Shown: positions 25,347 to 37,180 of the stretch, piece by piece
Layout: each line of letters begins with the position of its first letter
Position numbering within the stretch: position 1 is the stretch's first letter
Assembly (NCBI GenBank): GCA_017654855.1
Contig: CM030332.1
Location: 3,596,001-3,660,000, forward strand
Length of the DNA stretch: 64,000 bases
Reading direction: 5' to 3'
Source of the DNA: Podospora anserina
Taxonomy: Eukaryota
Translations under genes and position numbers: made by a program
The notes under the pieces: model-generated
Seen by the model: the letters and a program-made list of their open reading frames with translations, nothing else
Told to the model about the DNA's origin: nothing
Databases searched by the model: none

Positions 25347-25944
25347 AAAAAAGGGGGGTATGGGAAAAGTTTTGGCGCTGGGAGGGAAAATAGGGGGGAT
25401 ACATGCAATGGATTTTTGGGAGGAAGAGAAGGGGGGAGGAGGATTAATCGGGAGGGAATCTGTTTTTTTGGAAGGATGAACGAGCAAGCAAGCAAGCAAA
25501 GCAAGAACTATTACATCGGAAAAGAATGCTACTGATGGATGGTTGGAGGCGCAATATCAAGTTTTGAGGTTTTGATTTGGGTGTGAACATGTGAAGGGAT
25601 GTGTATGTGTATACTGGTGGGGTGGTTTGATATTCTGCATGATGCAGCTAGATCCCCTATCAATCCAAAAGTGATGAGAATCAGTGACACGACTTGTCTG
25701 ATGTTTTGGCAAGACGTGAGGTGAGACGTTGGGAGTTTAACATGTGTTTGTCGTCATTAGTGGGTTAGTCTTGCCTAGCCAGCAAGGTTCCCCAGCCGGA
25801 CTGCTTGGGGCTGGGCTCCGCGATTGATTTTCCTTCTTGAACCACCCACCTACACCTACCCGGCCAAAAAACTTCCCGCGACACGGTTTGCGCGTCGACC
25901 TCCTCCCGCAACTGCCCACCACCATCACCACCACCTCCTCCAAA

Positions 25945-27028
25945 ATGAACAACTTTGGCGTCATAGAAGTAGCCTCGACAGCAACAAAAACCACCCCCGG
26001 CTGGGCCTACGTCCCCGACACCGGCCCCTCCCTGTCAGCCACCGCCCTCCAGCCAAAGAACCGCAAACGAGCCGCGCGGAATACCCAGCCTGGGCTAAGC
26101 TTGTCCGACTTGACAGCTCGACAAGAAAACAAGCTGAGGAAAGATCTCGAGGCGCTGAATCGAGACAATCAGAGGGACGTGAACATTCCTGTTCCGAGTA
26201 GCAGTAGATCGTGTACGTCCCCCCCCCTTTTCTTCCCTTCCCCTAGAAGAGTGGCGGTAGTCTAATGTTTTGGGTTGGGTTGGGTTGGGGGGAAATTTAG
26301 CACACAAACACACCCCCACCGTCCGAAAAATCCTCCAGTCTCAAAAGACGTTTGCGAACCATCTCGATGATTACCAGGCTCTGCTCGCGCTGGCGGAGAG
26401 TAACCCCGCCGCGGTGGTGAACAATCCGTTGCTTTTCCTCAATAAACCGGTGGTGGCGACGCCGCAGGCGAAGAGTGCGAGTCCAGCTCCGGTGAGGGAA
26501 AAGGGTGGGAGTAAAAGGGGGCAGGCGGCTGCTAAACGGGCGGCGGTGAAGGCGGCGGCGGCGGCCGCCGCCGCCGCGGAGGAGGAGGAGGAGGAGGAGG
26601 AGAGGAAAAGGGCCAGACAACTCGCGGCGGAAGGGGAAGATGTGGAAATGATTGATTCTCCTGCTGCTCCTCCGGACGAGGTAGAGAAGCTGGTTGAGAC
26701 GTATCCGGCGGATGGGACGATTCTGCCGGCTTATAGGAAAAGGCCGCCGGCGGTGCATCCGGGGGATGGCGATCCTTTGCTTGTGTCGGTTGTTCCAAGT
26801 TTTCCGACGGATGAGGAGCTGAGGAGCTTGATGACGGCGCCGCCGTTGAGTTACATGGACTCGAGGGCTGCTTTTGGGGAGGAGGGGGAGAGGTACCCGA
26901 TCAGGGTGTTTTGCGAGATGTGCGGGTACTGGGGTAGGGTCAAGTGTATGAAGTGTGGGGTGAGGGTTTGCGGGCTGGATTGTTTGGAGGGGCATAGGGA
27001 GGAGTGTGTTACTAGGTATGGGCTTTGA
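25945..27028 (+). CDS. VPS71: SWR1 complex subunit Vps71/Swc6 (HIT-type zinc finger); join(25945..26212,26301..27028), 331 aa
   Basis: N-terminal PGWAYVPD, VRKILQSQKTFANHLDD, and C-terminal zf-HIT PIRVFCEMCGYWGRVKCMKCGVRVCGLDCLEGHREEC. One 88-nt intron, GTACGT..CTAAT..TAG. Confidence 0.85.
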
Positions 27029-27344
27029 GGATATGGAAGAGGGGTGTTTGGGATTGTATATGGTTGGGAAACAATGATACCCTGGAGTTTTTGGTTGTGG
27101 AAGGGATCTGGTCTGGTTCGAGTGTGGTTTGGAAATACCCGAATTCAATGACCAAATCAACGACAAGTTGATCCAAGTCTGCTTATTCATTTCATGCAAC
27201 ATGAACAGGAGTCAAGCATGTCTGGGGGATGTGGTATCGACAAGCCTAGCTGGGCCAGATTTAACTTGCACAGCATCAACAAAGATCCCAAGCCGGAGCT
27301 AAACCACTTGTTACAAACAATTCACATCACGAACCCCAACCCAA

Positions 27345-29569
27345 TCAACGCCTCCTCGCAGCACCACCCCCGTGCCCACCACCCTCGGCCCTATCAGCAA
27401 GCGAAACCACCTCCCCAATCCCGGCAGCCTCCTGCTCGTCCTCCATAGCCGTGATCTCCTCCCTGCAATCCCACCACTTCTCCTCGCTCAGCTCGAAAGC
27501 CTTGGACTTGATCTCTTTGATGCTCAGCGTCTCAGGTTGGATGTTCTTCCACCTCAGATTGGTCATCAAAATCTCCTGCCACTCGTTCGACGTCCTCTGG
27601 AAAAAGTCCCTGCGGCTCTCAAACGGTCTCGGATGGGGCAAGCCGTCATCCACCACTTCTTCTTGCTCCTCAGCGGCAGCAGTCTCCGCCTCCCCGTCTT
27701 CTCGCTCCGAAGGAGTAGATTCCGCGTCAGCGGCCGAAGAAGCGGGAGCTTTCCTCCCGCGTTTGGAAGGGGTGAAGGGCTTGCTGTTGTTCTTTTCAAC
27801 ACCGCCCTCCATTTCTTCATCTTCACCTTCATCTTCTTCCTCTTCCGAGTCGGAGTGATCTTCCTCGTCGTCATCCTCGTCATCATCATCTTCATCCTCG
27901 GATTCCTGTGGTTCACAGTCTCAGTTGATACGTTCCGCAGTTTGTGACGCTCGAAACTTACAATCCAGTCCGGCAAAGGCCTATTGAAAATCTCCTTGCA
28001 CCCATCCAACTTCCCAAGGTCAATCGCGTACATGTCATCAAAAACGACATCCCTGCCCCCCTTGTCCATAATCCCGCCGTAAATATACAACACATCATCC
28101 TGCACCGCAAGCTGAGCGTTAAACCTCGCATGAGGCAGCTCATTGCTGACAGGAAACTCCTTCCTGGCCGGCGGTTCGTCAGGTTCCTGTTCACCAGGCA
28201 GGTCAATATCCATCACATCATCATCATCATTATCACCACCACCACCACCAGCAGCAGTAAGCTTCGCCAAAGACCTCAGCAATTCCTCCTCATTAGCCTG
28301 CCGATTCCCCCTTCTCCCTCCACGCTCACCACCACCACCACCCCCCTTTTTCCCAGCATTATTAGTCCTCGGTTTCCTCAGTCCAAGAGGAAAGAACCTG
28401 TTCCGCTCAATATTCCACGCGAAAAGCTGGTTGAAAAAATCAGAGTCGACATCCTCCTCCGTCTCCTCATGATCATGCACACCCCCAAACATGATCCCTC
28501 TCCCCTTGTGGAACGCCATCGCGGCGCCGGTACGGGGTGGGTTGGGCGCGTTGGCCGGTTTTTTTCTTCGCTCCCATCTCACTGTCGGAAGGGCACCCTG
28601 CGGCGCGTCCGACGGCGGGGGAGTGACACGCAGAAAAAAACAATCCGTGTGGATCATGCCCACCACTTTTGTCATTTTGGCTCCATAACCGCCGCCCTTT
28701 GACTTCTTGCCCGATTGCTGCCCGCCTTTTCCCGCGCCGGGGTTGACCTTGACCCGGGAGAAACCGCCGTACAGGACGGCGCCCTGGTCGTGAGGCAAGA
28801 AAGTGAAGCTGGACCGGGGATCGGGTTTGAGCTGGGCCGGGGGGAGGGAGGGGGTGTGCCAGACAAAGCTGGTGGTGTCGTAGATCCAGACGTCACCGAG
28901 GTACTTGTGATCGCCGGTTGTTTCTTGGAACCCGCCAAAGAGGATGATGTACTGCTTGTAGTAGGTCAGGCGGTGACCCGACCTGGCTGGGGGGGATTTC
29001 CCTTTCGTCTCGACGCGGGTCCACTCTTTGGTCGAGCAGTCGAGCTTCCAGAAGTCGGAGTAGTGGTAGAAGGTTCCTTGCTTGGGGGAGGAGAACTCGC
29101 CGCCGAAGAGGTAGATGGACTTGGAGTCGTTGCCGCCGCGGCACCAGGCGTGGGAGGACCTGGGGAGGGGGGCGTTGGGGGAGGTGATGGAGCGCCACTC
29201 GTCCTTGTCGATGTAGTAGACGTAGAGCTTGTTGAAGAAGCTGGCGCGGGCGCCGTCGTAGAGCTCGCCGCCGAAGAGGAGCAGCTGGTTGGAGTTGACG
29301 GGGTTGGCGAGGAAGGAGGCGTAGCTGCTGACGGGGGGTGGGGCGTCGAGGACTGTCTCGGTGATTCTGTGGTGCTGCTCTTGCTGCAGGCGCATCTCCT
29401 CGAGGACGGCATCGAGATCGACGTCGTCGTCCGAGTCGACGTCGCCGTTGTTTTTGGACGCCTTGGACTTTGACTTTTTGTCCGCCTTTTTCTCTTGCTT
29501 TTGCTTCTTCTCGGCGAGCTTGGCCTGTTTGGACTCGGACTTGCCCTTTTTTCCCTTTGCCTTGGCCAT
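27345..29569 (-). CDS. KEL3: Kelch-repeat protein Kel3/KLHDC4-like with acidic linker and C-terminal helical domain; complement(join(27345..27905,27962..29569)), 722 aa
   Basis: Lys-rich N-terminus and repeated LFGG kelch blades (LLLFGGELY, IYLFGGEFSSPKQGTFYHY, IILFGGF). After a 56-nt intron: PHPRPFESRRDFFQRT...KAFELSEEKWWDCREEI. Confidence 0.88.
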
Positions 29570-30376
29570 GGCGGACGAGACGTCGGGTGAGACGTGTGAG
29601 TGAGATGTGTTTCTGAGGTGAGGGTGAGAAGAAGACTTTGTGAGGTGCGGAGAAGTAGCTATGCGATGTCGTTGAGAGGCGTCTCCACCTTTCAGAAACT
29701 GCAGGTGGTTGTCTGAATCAGGTTGTTGTGATGATGGAACAAGAGAAAAAGCTCAGTGTGTTCAAGAAATAAGAAGCAAAACTGGTATATCGATTTTGTT
29801 GGACTCAAATCAAGCTGGATACACTCTTGATATTTCAACTTTGGCCAAGTGTGAGTAAGCAGGACAAAGACAGCGCTTTTTGTACTCTGCAAGTCTCTTA
29901 ACCCCCCCCCCCCCCACCGACTGCCACAACCCCCACAACACAGAAGACATGGAAGCCTTTCGTAAACACCAGGAAACTACCTCTACACCTCTATCCTTCA
30001 AATATATTCTCATATCATCCAACACCAAATGCCATCACAGTGCCCTAAGCAAAACCCAAAACAGCAAACGCTCACAAACCCCGAACCCTGCCCAACGCTA
30101 CCTAAATAAGGCCTAGCGCCCCTCCACCCCTAGCTGTCACTCAAAATCGTCAGCCCTATCGCCCTCCTGGCGCGCAGTTCCTGTCAGCTTCTAGGCTTCA
30201 GCTCTTCTTGGTCTGGGGGAAATTGGGCCACCGGCTTACATTCAATAAGATTAAACAAAAAGCTTTGGGTCTCCCTCGCTTTTTTTTTTCACGCGTCTCT
30301 TTTCCTTCGTTTTCTTACCGGCGTTCTGTTCTTCCCTCCATCACGCTCATTTTCCACAACCCATTGAGAGACCATA

Positions 30377-30936
30377 ATGATGAAGCTTTTCACCCTCCTG
30401 TTTTCATCCCTCCTCGGCCTCCTCGTCGCCGCCCAGAATGACGATAACACACAGAAACAAGTCACCATCCTGGCCGGCGGCCAAGGCTACGCCTACCACG
30501 GCTGCTACACCGAAACAACCGATCTCTTCGTCAACACCACCTCCCGCCGCGCCCTCGACGGCGGCAGCAACAGCGTGCAGCCCGACATCATGACGGTCGA
30601 AAAGTGCTGGGAGTTCTGCGGCAAGGGGTCGTATAAATACGCCGGGTTGGAGTACTCCAGGTGTGTTGTCTCACTCGCTCACTTCCACTCATGCGGCGTG
30701 ACTGACATGTGCGTAACAGAGAATGCTGGTGCTCCCAAACCCTGTCAACCCTCTCCACGAAGGTCTCCGACAAGGAATGCGACCTCCCCTGCGACGGCAA
30801 CAGCACCCAGTCCTGCGGCGGGAGCCTCAAGTTGACCCTTTATATCACCAGTGCAGCCGCCAGTCTTGCCGGGGGTCTCTCATTGTTGGTAACGTTCGGA
30901 GCAGTGGGGATGATGGTGTTTGCTTCTGTCTTCTAA
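30377..30936 (+). CDS. Small secreted, probably GPI-anchored, single-WSC-domain protein; join(30377..30660,30720..30936), about 166 aa
   Basis: Signal peptide, WSC cysteine pattern YHGCYTE..MTVEKCWEFC..YKYAGLEYSRECWC..CDLPCDGNSTQSCGG, and a hydrophobic C-tail. One 59-nt intron. Confidence 0.9.
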
Positions 30937-31054
30937 ACCCGCCCCCACCTCTTCTCAAAACATAGTAATGTAATGTATATATGACACACACCAAGCGAAC
31001 CACACTGTTCAGAATACACGTCCTGTTCGGGTAACCATCCATCTTATTTATTCC

Positions 31055-34000
31055 TTACCCAGTATCCAACCCCCCCAACCCCCTCTCCTTCACCCCCTCC
31101 CCAACAAACCCCCTGATCCCCTCCACCGCCTCCTCCCACCCTTTTCTCCCCTCCTCCGTCTCCGTCTCCTCCTCAACCAACCACCCCAACCACCTAACCA
31201 ACCCCCTCGCCTTCTCCATATCCCTCTCCACCGTCACCACCCTCTTGACATACCCTCCAAAAACCTCCACATCCATCTCATGCGGCCCCTCCTCCTTATT
31301 CATCTCAAACCACGCCCTCACCATCTTTTTGACCTCCTCCAACCCCGTCACCTTCCCCTCCTCCCCCGTGAACGCCAGCTTCAGCGGCCTCCCAAACTCC
31401 AAAGTCTTCTGTTGCGGCGGTGCGGGAGGTCGACGGTGGCGGTGATGCGCAGCGTCAACACTCAACTTCCTCCTGCGGTGATCGTCAATCACCTCCCTCC
31501 GCATATCCTCCGGCAAAGCCGCCAGCACTTCAGGGTCGAGATCCTCGACCGCACCGGGGACGGCACGGGTAAAGTTTGTTTGAAAGAGTCTGGCCCCCCC
31601 GGAACCGGATTGTTTGCCCCGACTGGAAAGGGATTTACCGCCCCCCCGTTTGGGGGAGGGGGGATGTCGTTCTTTGGGGAGGTGGTGGATTGTCCCGTTT
31701 TTTCGGGGGGATTGCGGACGGACTGCTTGTCGAGAGGGCGGCCGGCTTTGCCGGGATGGACCGCCGCCGTATTGAGCCCATATCTCTGCTCTCACGTCTT
31801 CTGGGAGGGAGTGAAAGACTTCGGGGTCGACGTCGGGGGGGACTTCCTCTGCCGTGGCCGGGCTGCCGGAGCGGGATTTCGCAGCAGGGGCAGGGGAGGC
31901 GGGACGTTTGGCTCGGGCGATTAGTTTGCTGCGGACATCCTGGGGGAGTGCGGCCAGGACGGCAGGGTCGACTTGGGAGGGGAGGATGAATTGTGTTCCT
32001 CGGACGTTGAGCGGGGCATTGGCTTTTTCGTCGGCAGCGTTGGCTTCTGCGAGGGCGAGTGCCGGGTGGACTCTGGGTTTCTTGGGTGTTGATGGGTCTT
32101 CGGTGATGGGGTCGTGTTCGACTTCATGCCCTGAGGAGGATGAACGTTTGAGCTGGTACGGAACGTGGTCGTCGACAATCTGTTCCCTCTCTCTCCTCGG
32201 TGGCGGAGGCTGAGCAGCAACAGCACTGCCAAAGTTCAGCTTCTTCTGACTGCCCTCTGGCGCTGCTGACGGTTTGATGTGGTCAAGCTTGGTCATCTGG
32301 ACCCCTATGCCTCTCAGATCTCCAGGGCTGAACTTGTAAGACCGTAAGATCCCAACCGCCTCCTTCCCGATCACCTCGGCATCACACGTCGCCACCCCAA
32401 AGCTCGCGCTCTTGTTGAAAGTATCGCACTTCCCGTGACCAAGATGCTTCGCCGGATCCAAAGGCGCATCCAACGACCGCCTCATGATCTTCACGGTCAA
32501 CAGCTTCCCCTTCACCCCCTCGGCCAAAAGCCTCTTCTCCAACTCCCCACACAGATTCCTCACAAACTCCTCCGCCTCCTCCTGACTGACAAACCTGATC
32601 CCCCAGTTCACATCCGCCGAGACCGACTTCCTCACCGGCTGCTCCCCCAACTCGCTCCTATCAACCCCCCTCGCATAATCCCACAACCTCTCCCCCGTCT
32701 TCGGCCCCAGAACGCTCACCAACCTCTCCCTCGTCGTCCCCCTTATATCCTTCACAAACCTGATCCCCATCTCCTCCAGCCTCCCCCCAATACTCCCCGC
32801 CACCCCAGGCAGCCCCTCCACCCCCAACTCCCCAATCGAATCCAACACCTCCTCCGGCCGAATCTGATGCTGCCCCGCCGGCTTCGCCCTCCTCAGCGCA
32901 ACCTTGGCCAGCAGCACATTTCCCCCGATCCCCACCGAAACCTCACACCCCGTCCTCCTCCTCACCTCCCCCCTCAACCCCCTCGCAATCTCCTCCGCCT
33001 TTTCCTGCTCCCGACAAACACTCCCCTCACCAACCCCCACCCCCGTCGACCCAACCCCCCTCAGCACCACATCCGTCACATCAACCAACGCCTCATCAAT
33101 GCTGACACTCTGCACCACACCCCCCACCCCCAACAAAACCTGATAAAAAACCTCGCTCGCCTTTTCATACCCCGCAAAGTCGTACGGCAAGACCTTCAAC
33201 CCTGGGCAGAGCTCCAGCGCGCGCTTCATCCACATGCCGTTTTTGACTCCGAATTTCCTCGCGGGGTAGTTGCAACTGGCAATCTCGGAGCCGGTGCCGG
33301 AACCGTGGGCTACGACGGTGGGTTTGTCGGCGTATTCGGGGCATTTCTGGAGGGAGATGGCGCAGAAGAAAGAGTCAAAGTCTACGTGGAGGATGTATCT
33401 TCTCTGGTTGGGTTTCCGCTTGCTGGAAGGACGGGAGCATGATTGCGAGGTTAGTTTCTGGAGGCGGGATTTGAGGTCGGATTTCCAGGTTGAGAGGTGG
33501 TGGAGACGGGAGGTGGCGTAGTATTTTGATAAAAAGTCGGGGTTGGCGGTAGAGGATTCGCGGATTTTCGGGTCGGAGAGGAGGAGGGCGTTGTGTTCTT
33601 CCGAGGTTAGGGGTTGGTTTGGGATGGGTTTGGGTGGTGGTGGTGGTGGTGGTGGTGCTATGGGGTCGGGAGAGGGTGGTTTTTGGGCTGATCTGGGAGG
33701 TTCGTTTTGAGGTTTTGAGGGTGTGTCGAGGTCCATGGCATCGTCGATGTCGTCGATATTCTCGTGCTTGGAGTTGTGGGTTTTGAAGGCTGGTCTTGGT
33801 TGAAAGGGGCTGCTGGACTGTTGTGAGGCTAGCTGGGAGGACTTTTGGAACTGGCTGTTGTAGAAGCTATCACGGGTTTGTTCTCGATAGCCCGTGGGAG
33901 ACTTCGATTGGGGTTGTTGGCTCGTCATTTTGTTTCCGTCAAACTTGATGGTCTTTTGCCGTGGGCCTTGTTCGATGACGCGGTAGTCGGTCCATGGTAA

Positions 34001-34510
34001 CAGCTTTCCGGCTTGGATGGAGTCTACCACCCAGGACGGCTTGACGACACGGTAGTTGGTGAAGTCGAGGGACTTCTTTGGCGGCATGGCCGAGGCGATG
34101 ATATGTGTTGCCGTGGTTTTGCCATCGAGGTATTGCAGAAAGCCAGCGCCATGTTGAACGAGCTCTTTGTGAAGGCTATATACCTTACGCATCAGTTATG
34201 AGATCCGGATACTAAACATATATATGTATATATATATCTGTGGTGTTGGAGAGAAAACTCACACATGAAGAGGAGGTTGAGTGTAGCCCGTGACATGCGC
34301 CACGATTCCCTTGAAAATCTGCGGCTTATCGCCCTTTTCTGCGCGATACTCGACGTCGAGGTTCTGAAGCTTGAGTTTCTTTCTCCGAAAATAGTCGCCA
34401 AATCCCCCAAAGGCGCTGGCCTCGTATTCCTCTCCGCCTTCATCGGCAAACTCATGGCTCGCGATGCGCTTCTGCACCGCAGCCGAGTTCTTTTCCAAGC
34501 GACTCCCCAT
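31055..34510 (-). CDS. REV1: Translesion dCMP transferase Rev1 (Y-family polymerase); complement(join(31055..34175,34263..34510)), about 1122 aa
   Basis: N-terminal FGGFGDYFRRKKLKLQ, BRCT domain, SRLHH N-digit, HVDFDSFFC, SCNYPARKFGVKNGMW, SIDEA and UBM-like repeats. One 87-nt intron, GTGAGT..TAG. Confidence 0.95.
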
Positions 34511-34997
34511 GTCGGATAACCAAAGCTGTTGTAGACGCGGTTGAGCGATAACAATGACATCATCCAACGGCAGCTGAGAGAGGTGTTGGTGACGGTTTCA
34601 TGTCGATGAAAAGACCAAATACTGTCAAGTCAGTCGACGAAAAAGATATCGTATCAAATAACTGCCGTTACTCGCAAAAAGCAACCAACACTCGGCCGAG
34701 TTTGCTCTCACTCCAAGTGGCAAAGAACCTCTTTGGCCTGTCCCCAAAGGCCCCGTTTCCGGCCTTGATGCCTGCCCCACCTCACAACGCGTGGTCCCGT
34801 GACTGGACCCTTTGCAATTAAAACTAGCTAACCCACTGTAACCATGACGCCTAAACCTGCGCCCCACTTATATTTAACTATACGTGCTTAGCCTTGCAAG
34901 GTTCCTTGCGCTCGCTTTGCGACAAAGCTTCTTCAACACCAAACAAAACATCAGCTCTTTTCCACCCAGAGCGCATTGCACATCCTTACTCCCCAAA

Positions 34998-36617
34998 ATG
35001 AACAACCAAGAATTCCGAAAACTTCTCCTCTCCAAGTCCTCCTCCTCCACCAACAACAACAATGACACCTCCTCCCCACCACCACCACCACCACCATCCC
35101 GCCCAGCAGCAGCAGCCGCGCTCGGCTCCAGACTCAAATCCAGCATCCCCATGACCCCCCGATCAACAGGTCGAGTCGACTTCGTAAGGCAACTAGCAGA
35201 GCAAAAAAACAAGCAGTTCGAAAAGACAGCCAAACGATTCCGGACCTCGGCCCCGAAAGGGTCCCGGTTCGCAGAGGGCTACGTTGACCGCGCCAGGCAG
35301 AGGGAGCAAGAAGAGGAGGATGAGAGAGCGGAACGATTGAAGGCGTTGGAGGAGGCTTTCAAAAAGGAGGAGATCGACCGGGAGACGTACGACCGGATGC
35401 GCAGTCAGATTGCGGGGGGTGACTTGGCGAGTACGCATCTTGTCAAGGGGCTTGATTTTGCTTTGTTGAGGAGGGTGAAGCAGGGGGAGGATGTCTGGAG
35501 TGGGAAGAAGGCAGGCGAGGATGAGCGTGGGGAAGAGGGGGAGGTGGAGGAGGATGTGGACGGTGTCCTGGAGAAATTGGCTGATGCTGAAGTCAAGGCT
35601 GTGACCAGGGAAAAGGTGCGGAAGAAGGGGCAGTTTGCGACTGCTGCGTTGAATCCAGGGCAGAAGAGGTCGAGGAATCAGTTACTGGCTGAGTTGAAGG
35701 CGGCAAGGGAAGCGGCCAAGGCGAAGGAGGAGTCGGGTCTGGGGTCCAAGTTCAAGAAGATTGGTGCGAAAAAGACGCCGGGGACGAGGATAGAAAAGGA
35801 TAGCATGGGTCGGGAGGTTCAGATCACTGTTGACGAGGACGGCCATGAGGTGCGAAAGATTCGGAAGGTGGACCACAAACTATTAGAGGAGGAACAAGAC
35901 AGGGAAGCGGCCGCGCTGGCATCTCGCGGCGTGCTTGGTATGGAGGTGCCAGAGTTCTACAGGAAACAGCAGGAGGAAGCCGAGAGGGCGGCAAAGGAAG
36001 AGGAGGAGAGCAAGGAGATCAGCATCTTTGATGACGCGGGCTCCGATTACGACCCATTAGCTGCGCTCGAAGACTCGGACTCGTCATCTGATGAGGATAA
36101 GAAGGCGAGATCAGACTCGGCAGCTGTGCCACCACCACCGAAACCTAGCTCCGGCCCTCCAGAGGAGAGAGATTATTTCAAGAATTTCAGAGGAGGAAAG
36201 GTGGATCTTTCGACGGGCCAAACATACAAGGCGCCGTCTTTGGATGATCCCTTGCTGCAGGCGGCACTCAAGAAGGCAAAGGCAAATGGCGCACTGGAGA
36301 AATCAGAGGAGGAGAGCAAGGCCAAAGAGCGGGAAGAGAGGCTCAAGAAGAAGCTGCAGGAGTCGTTGCGCGATGATGAGGATATGGACATGGGATTTGG
36401 GTCAAGCAGACTGGAGGATGATGCTGACTTTGAGGAGAAAAAGGTGAAGCTGTCTGAGTGGGGTGAGGATGGGGATGGGGATGGTGATGGCTATGAGGGA
36501 GGTGGTGGGGACAAGAAGGAGAAGAGGAAGAGGGGTGGGAAGAAGAGGAAGGGCGATAAGAACAATTTTGAGGATGTTATGCGGGTGATGGAGAGGCAGA
36601 AGGGCGGGTCTAAGTGA
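34998..36617 (+). CDS. RED/IK-like N-terminal domain nuclear protein, 539 aa
   Basis: MNNQEFRKLL, GYVDRA and GGDLASTHLVKGLDFALLRRVK match the RED-like N-terminal domain. Highly charged with a basic C-terminus. Confidence 0.8.
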   Translation: MNNQEFRKLLLSKSSSSTNNNNDTSSPPPPPPPSRPAAAAALGSRLKSSIPMTPRSTGRVDFVRQLAEQKNKQFEKTAKRFRTSAPKGSRFAEGYVDRARQREQEEEDERAERLKALEEAFKKEEIDRETYDRMRSQIAGGDLASTHLVKGLDFALLRRVKQGEDVWSGKKAGEDERGEEGEVEEDVDGVLEKLADAEVKAVTREKVRKKGQFATAALNPGQKRSRNQLLAELKAAREAAKAKEESGLGSKFKKIGAKKTPGTRIEKDSMGREVQITVDEDGHEVRKIRKVDHKLLEEEQDREAAALASRGVLGMEVPEFYRKQQEEAERAAKEEEESKEISIFDDAGSDYDPLAALEDSDSSSDEDKKARSDSAAVPPPPKPSSGPPEERDYFKNFRGGKVDLSTGQTYKAPSLDDPLLQAALKKAKANGALEKSEEESKAKEREERLKKKLQESLRDDEDMDMGFGSSRLEDDADFEEKKVKLSEWGEDGDGDGDGYEGGGGDKKEKRKRGGKKRKGDKNNFEDVMRVMERQKGGSK

Positions 36618-37180
36618 GCTATCCGCTGTAGAGTAATGTTTGATCCAGAAAGGAAACAACACATGGCTATGCTCCTTCAAAACTGTTGTTCATATATCTT
36701 TCTTGTGTCTACCGTTCCATGATACGTCTTGTCTGTTCCAAATCCAAAAGATAGGAATGACATCGCAGGTATAGCTGAGGTTAGGTAAGGCTGCTTGGTG
36801 CAAGGTATGGCCCCACCCAAGACCCCGACCCTTGGGCGGCTGCGGCTTGGGCGAATTAGCGAGCGGCTGGCAGCATGCATTGCGCAGCAGCAGCAGCAGC
36901 AGCAACCAGATGGCAGGACGCAACCTAATCCTCCTACAACATCTATCTCAAGCTGACACTTTTTTGCGCAAACCGACTTTTCTAAAGGACAGGATCCTCG
37001 GTTCATCACATTGATTTGCTCACAGCACAGCGCAAGCCATACCCGGAAGACCAGCCCAAACACGAAGCCCGTCCCTCGGTTGAGTCGGCTCCTAATCATT
37101 ACATGCGATTGCGCGCCCGGCAACGAACGACAACAGCAATAACAAAACACCACGATTGAGCGCGCCCCAAACCGCCCACC

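Noticed and set aside
25671..25701. GTGATGA...CTGA as a box C/D snoRNA
   Set aside because: Only about 30 nt between the boxes, too short. Other ATGATGA hits (about 3178, 40176) lack a suitably placed D box.
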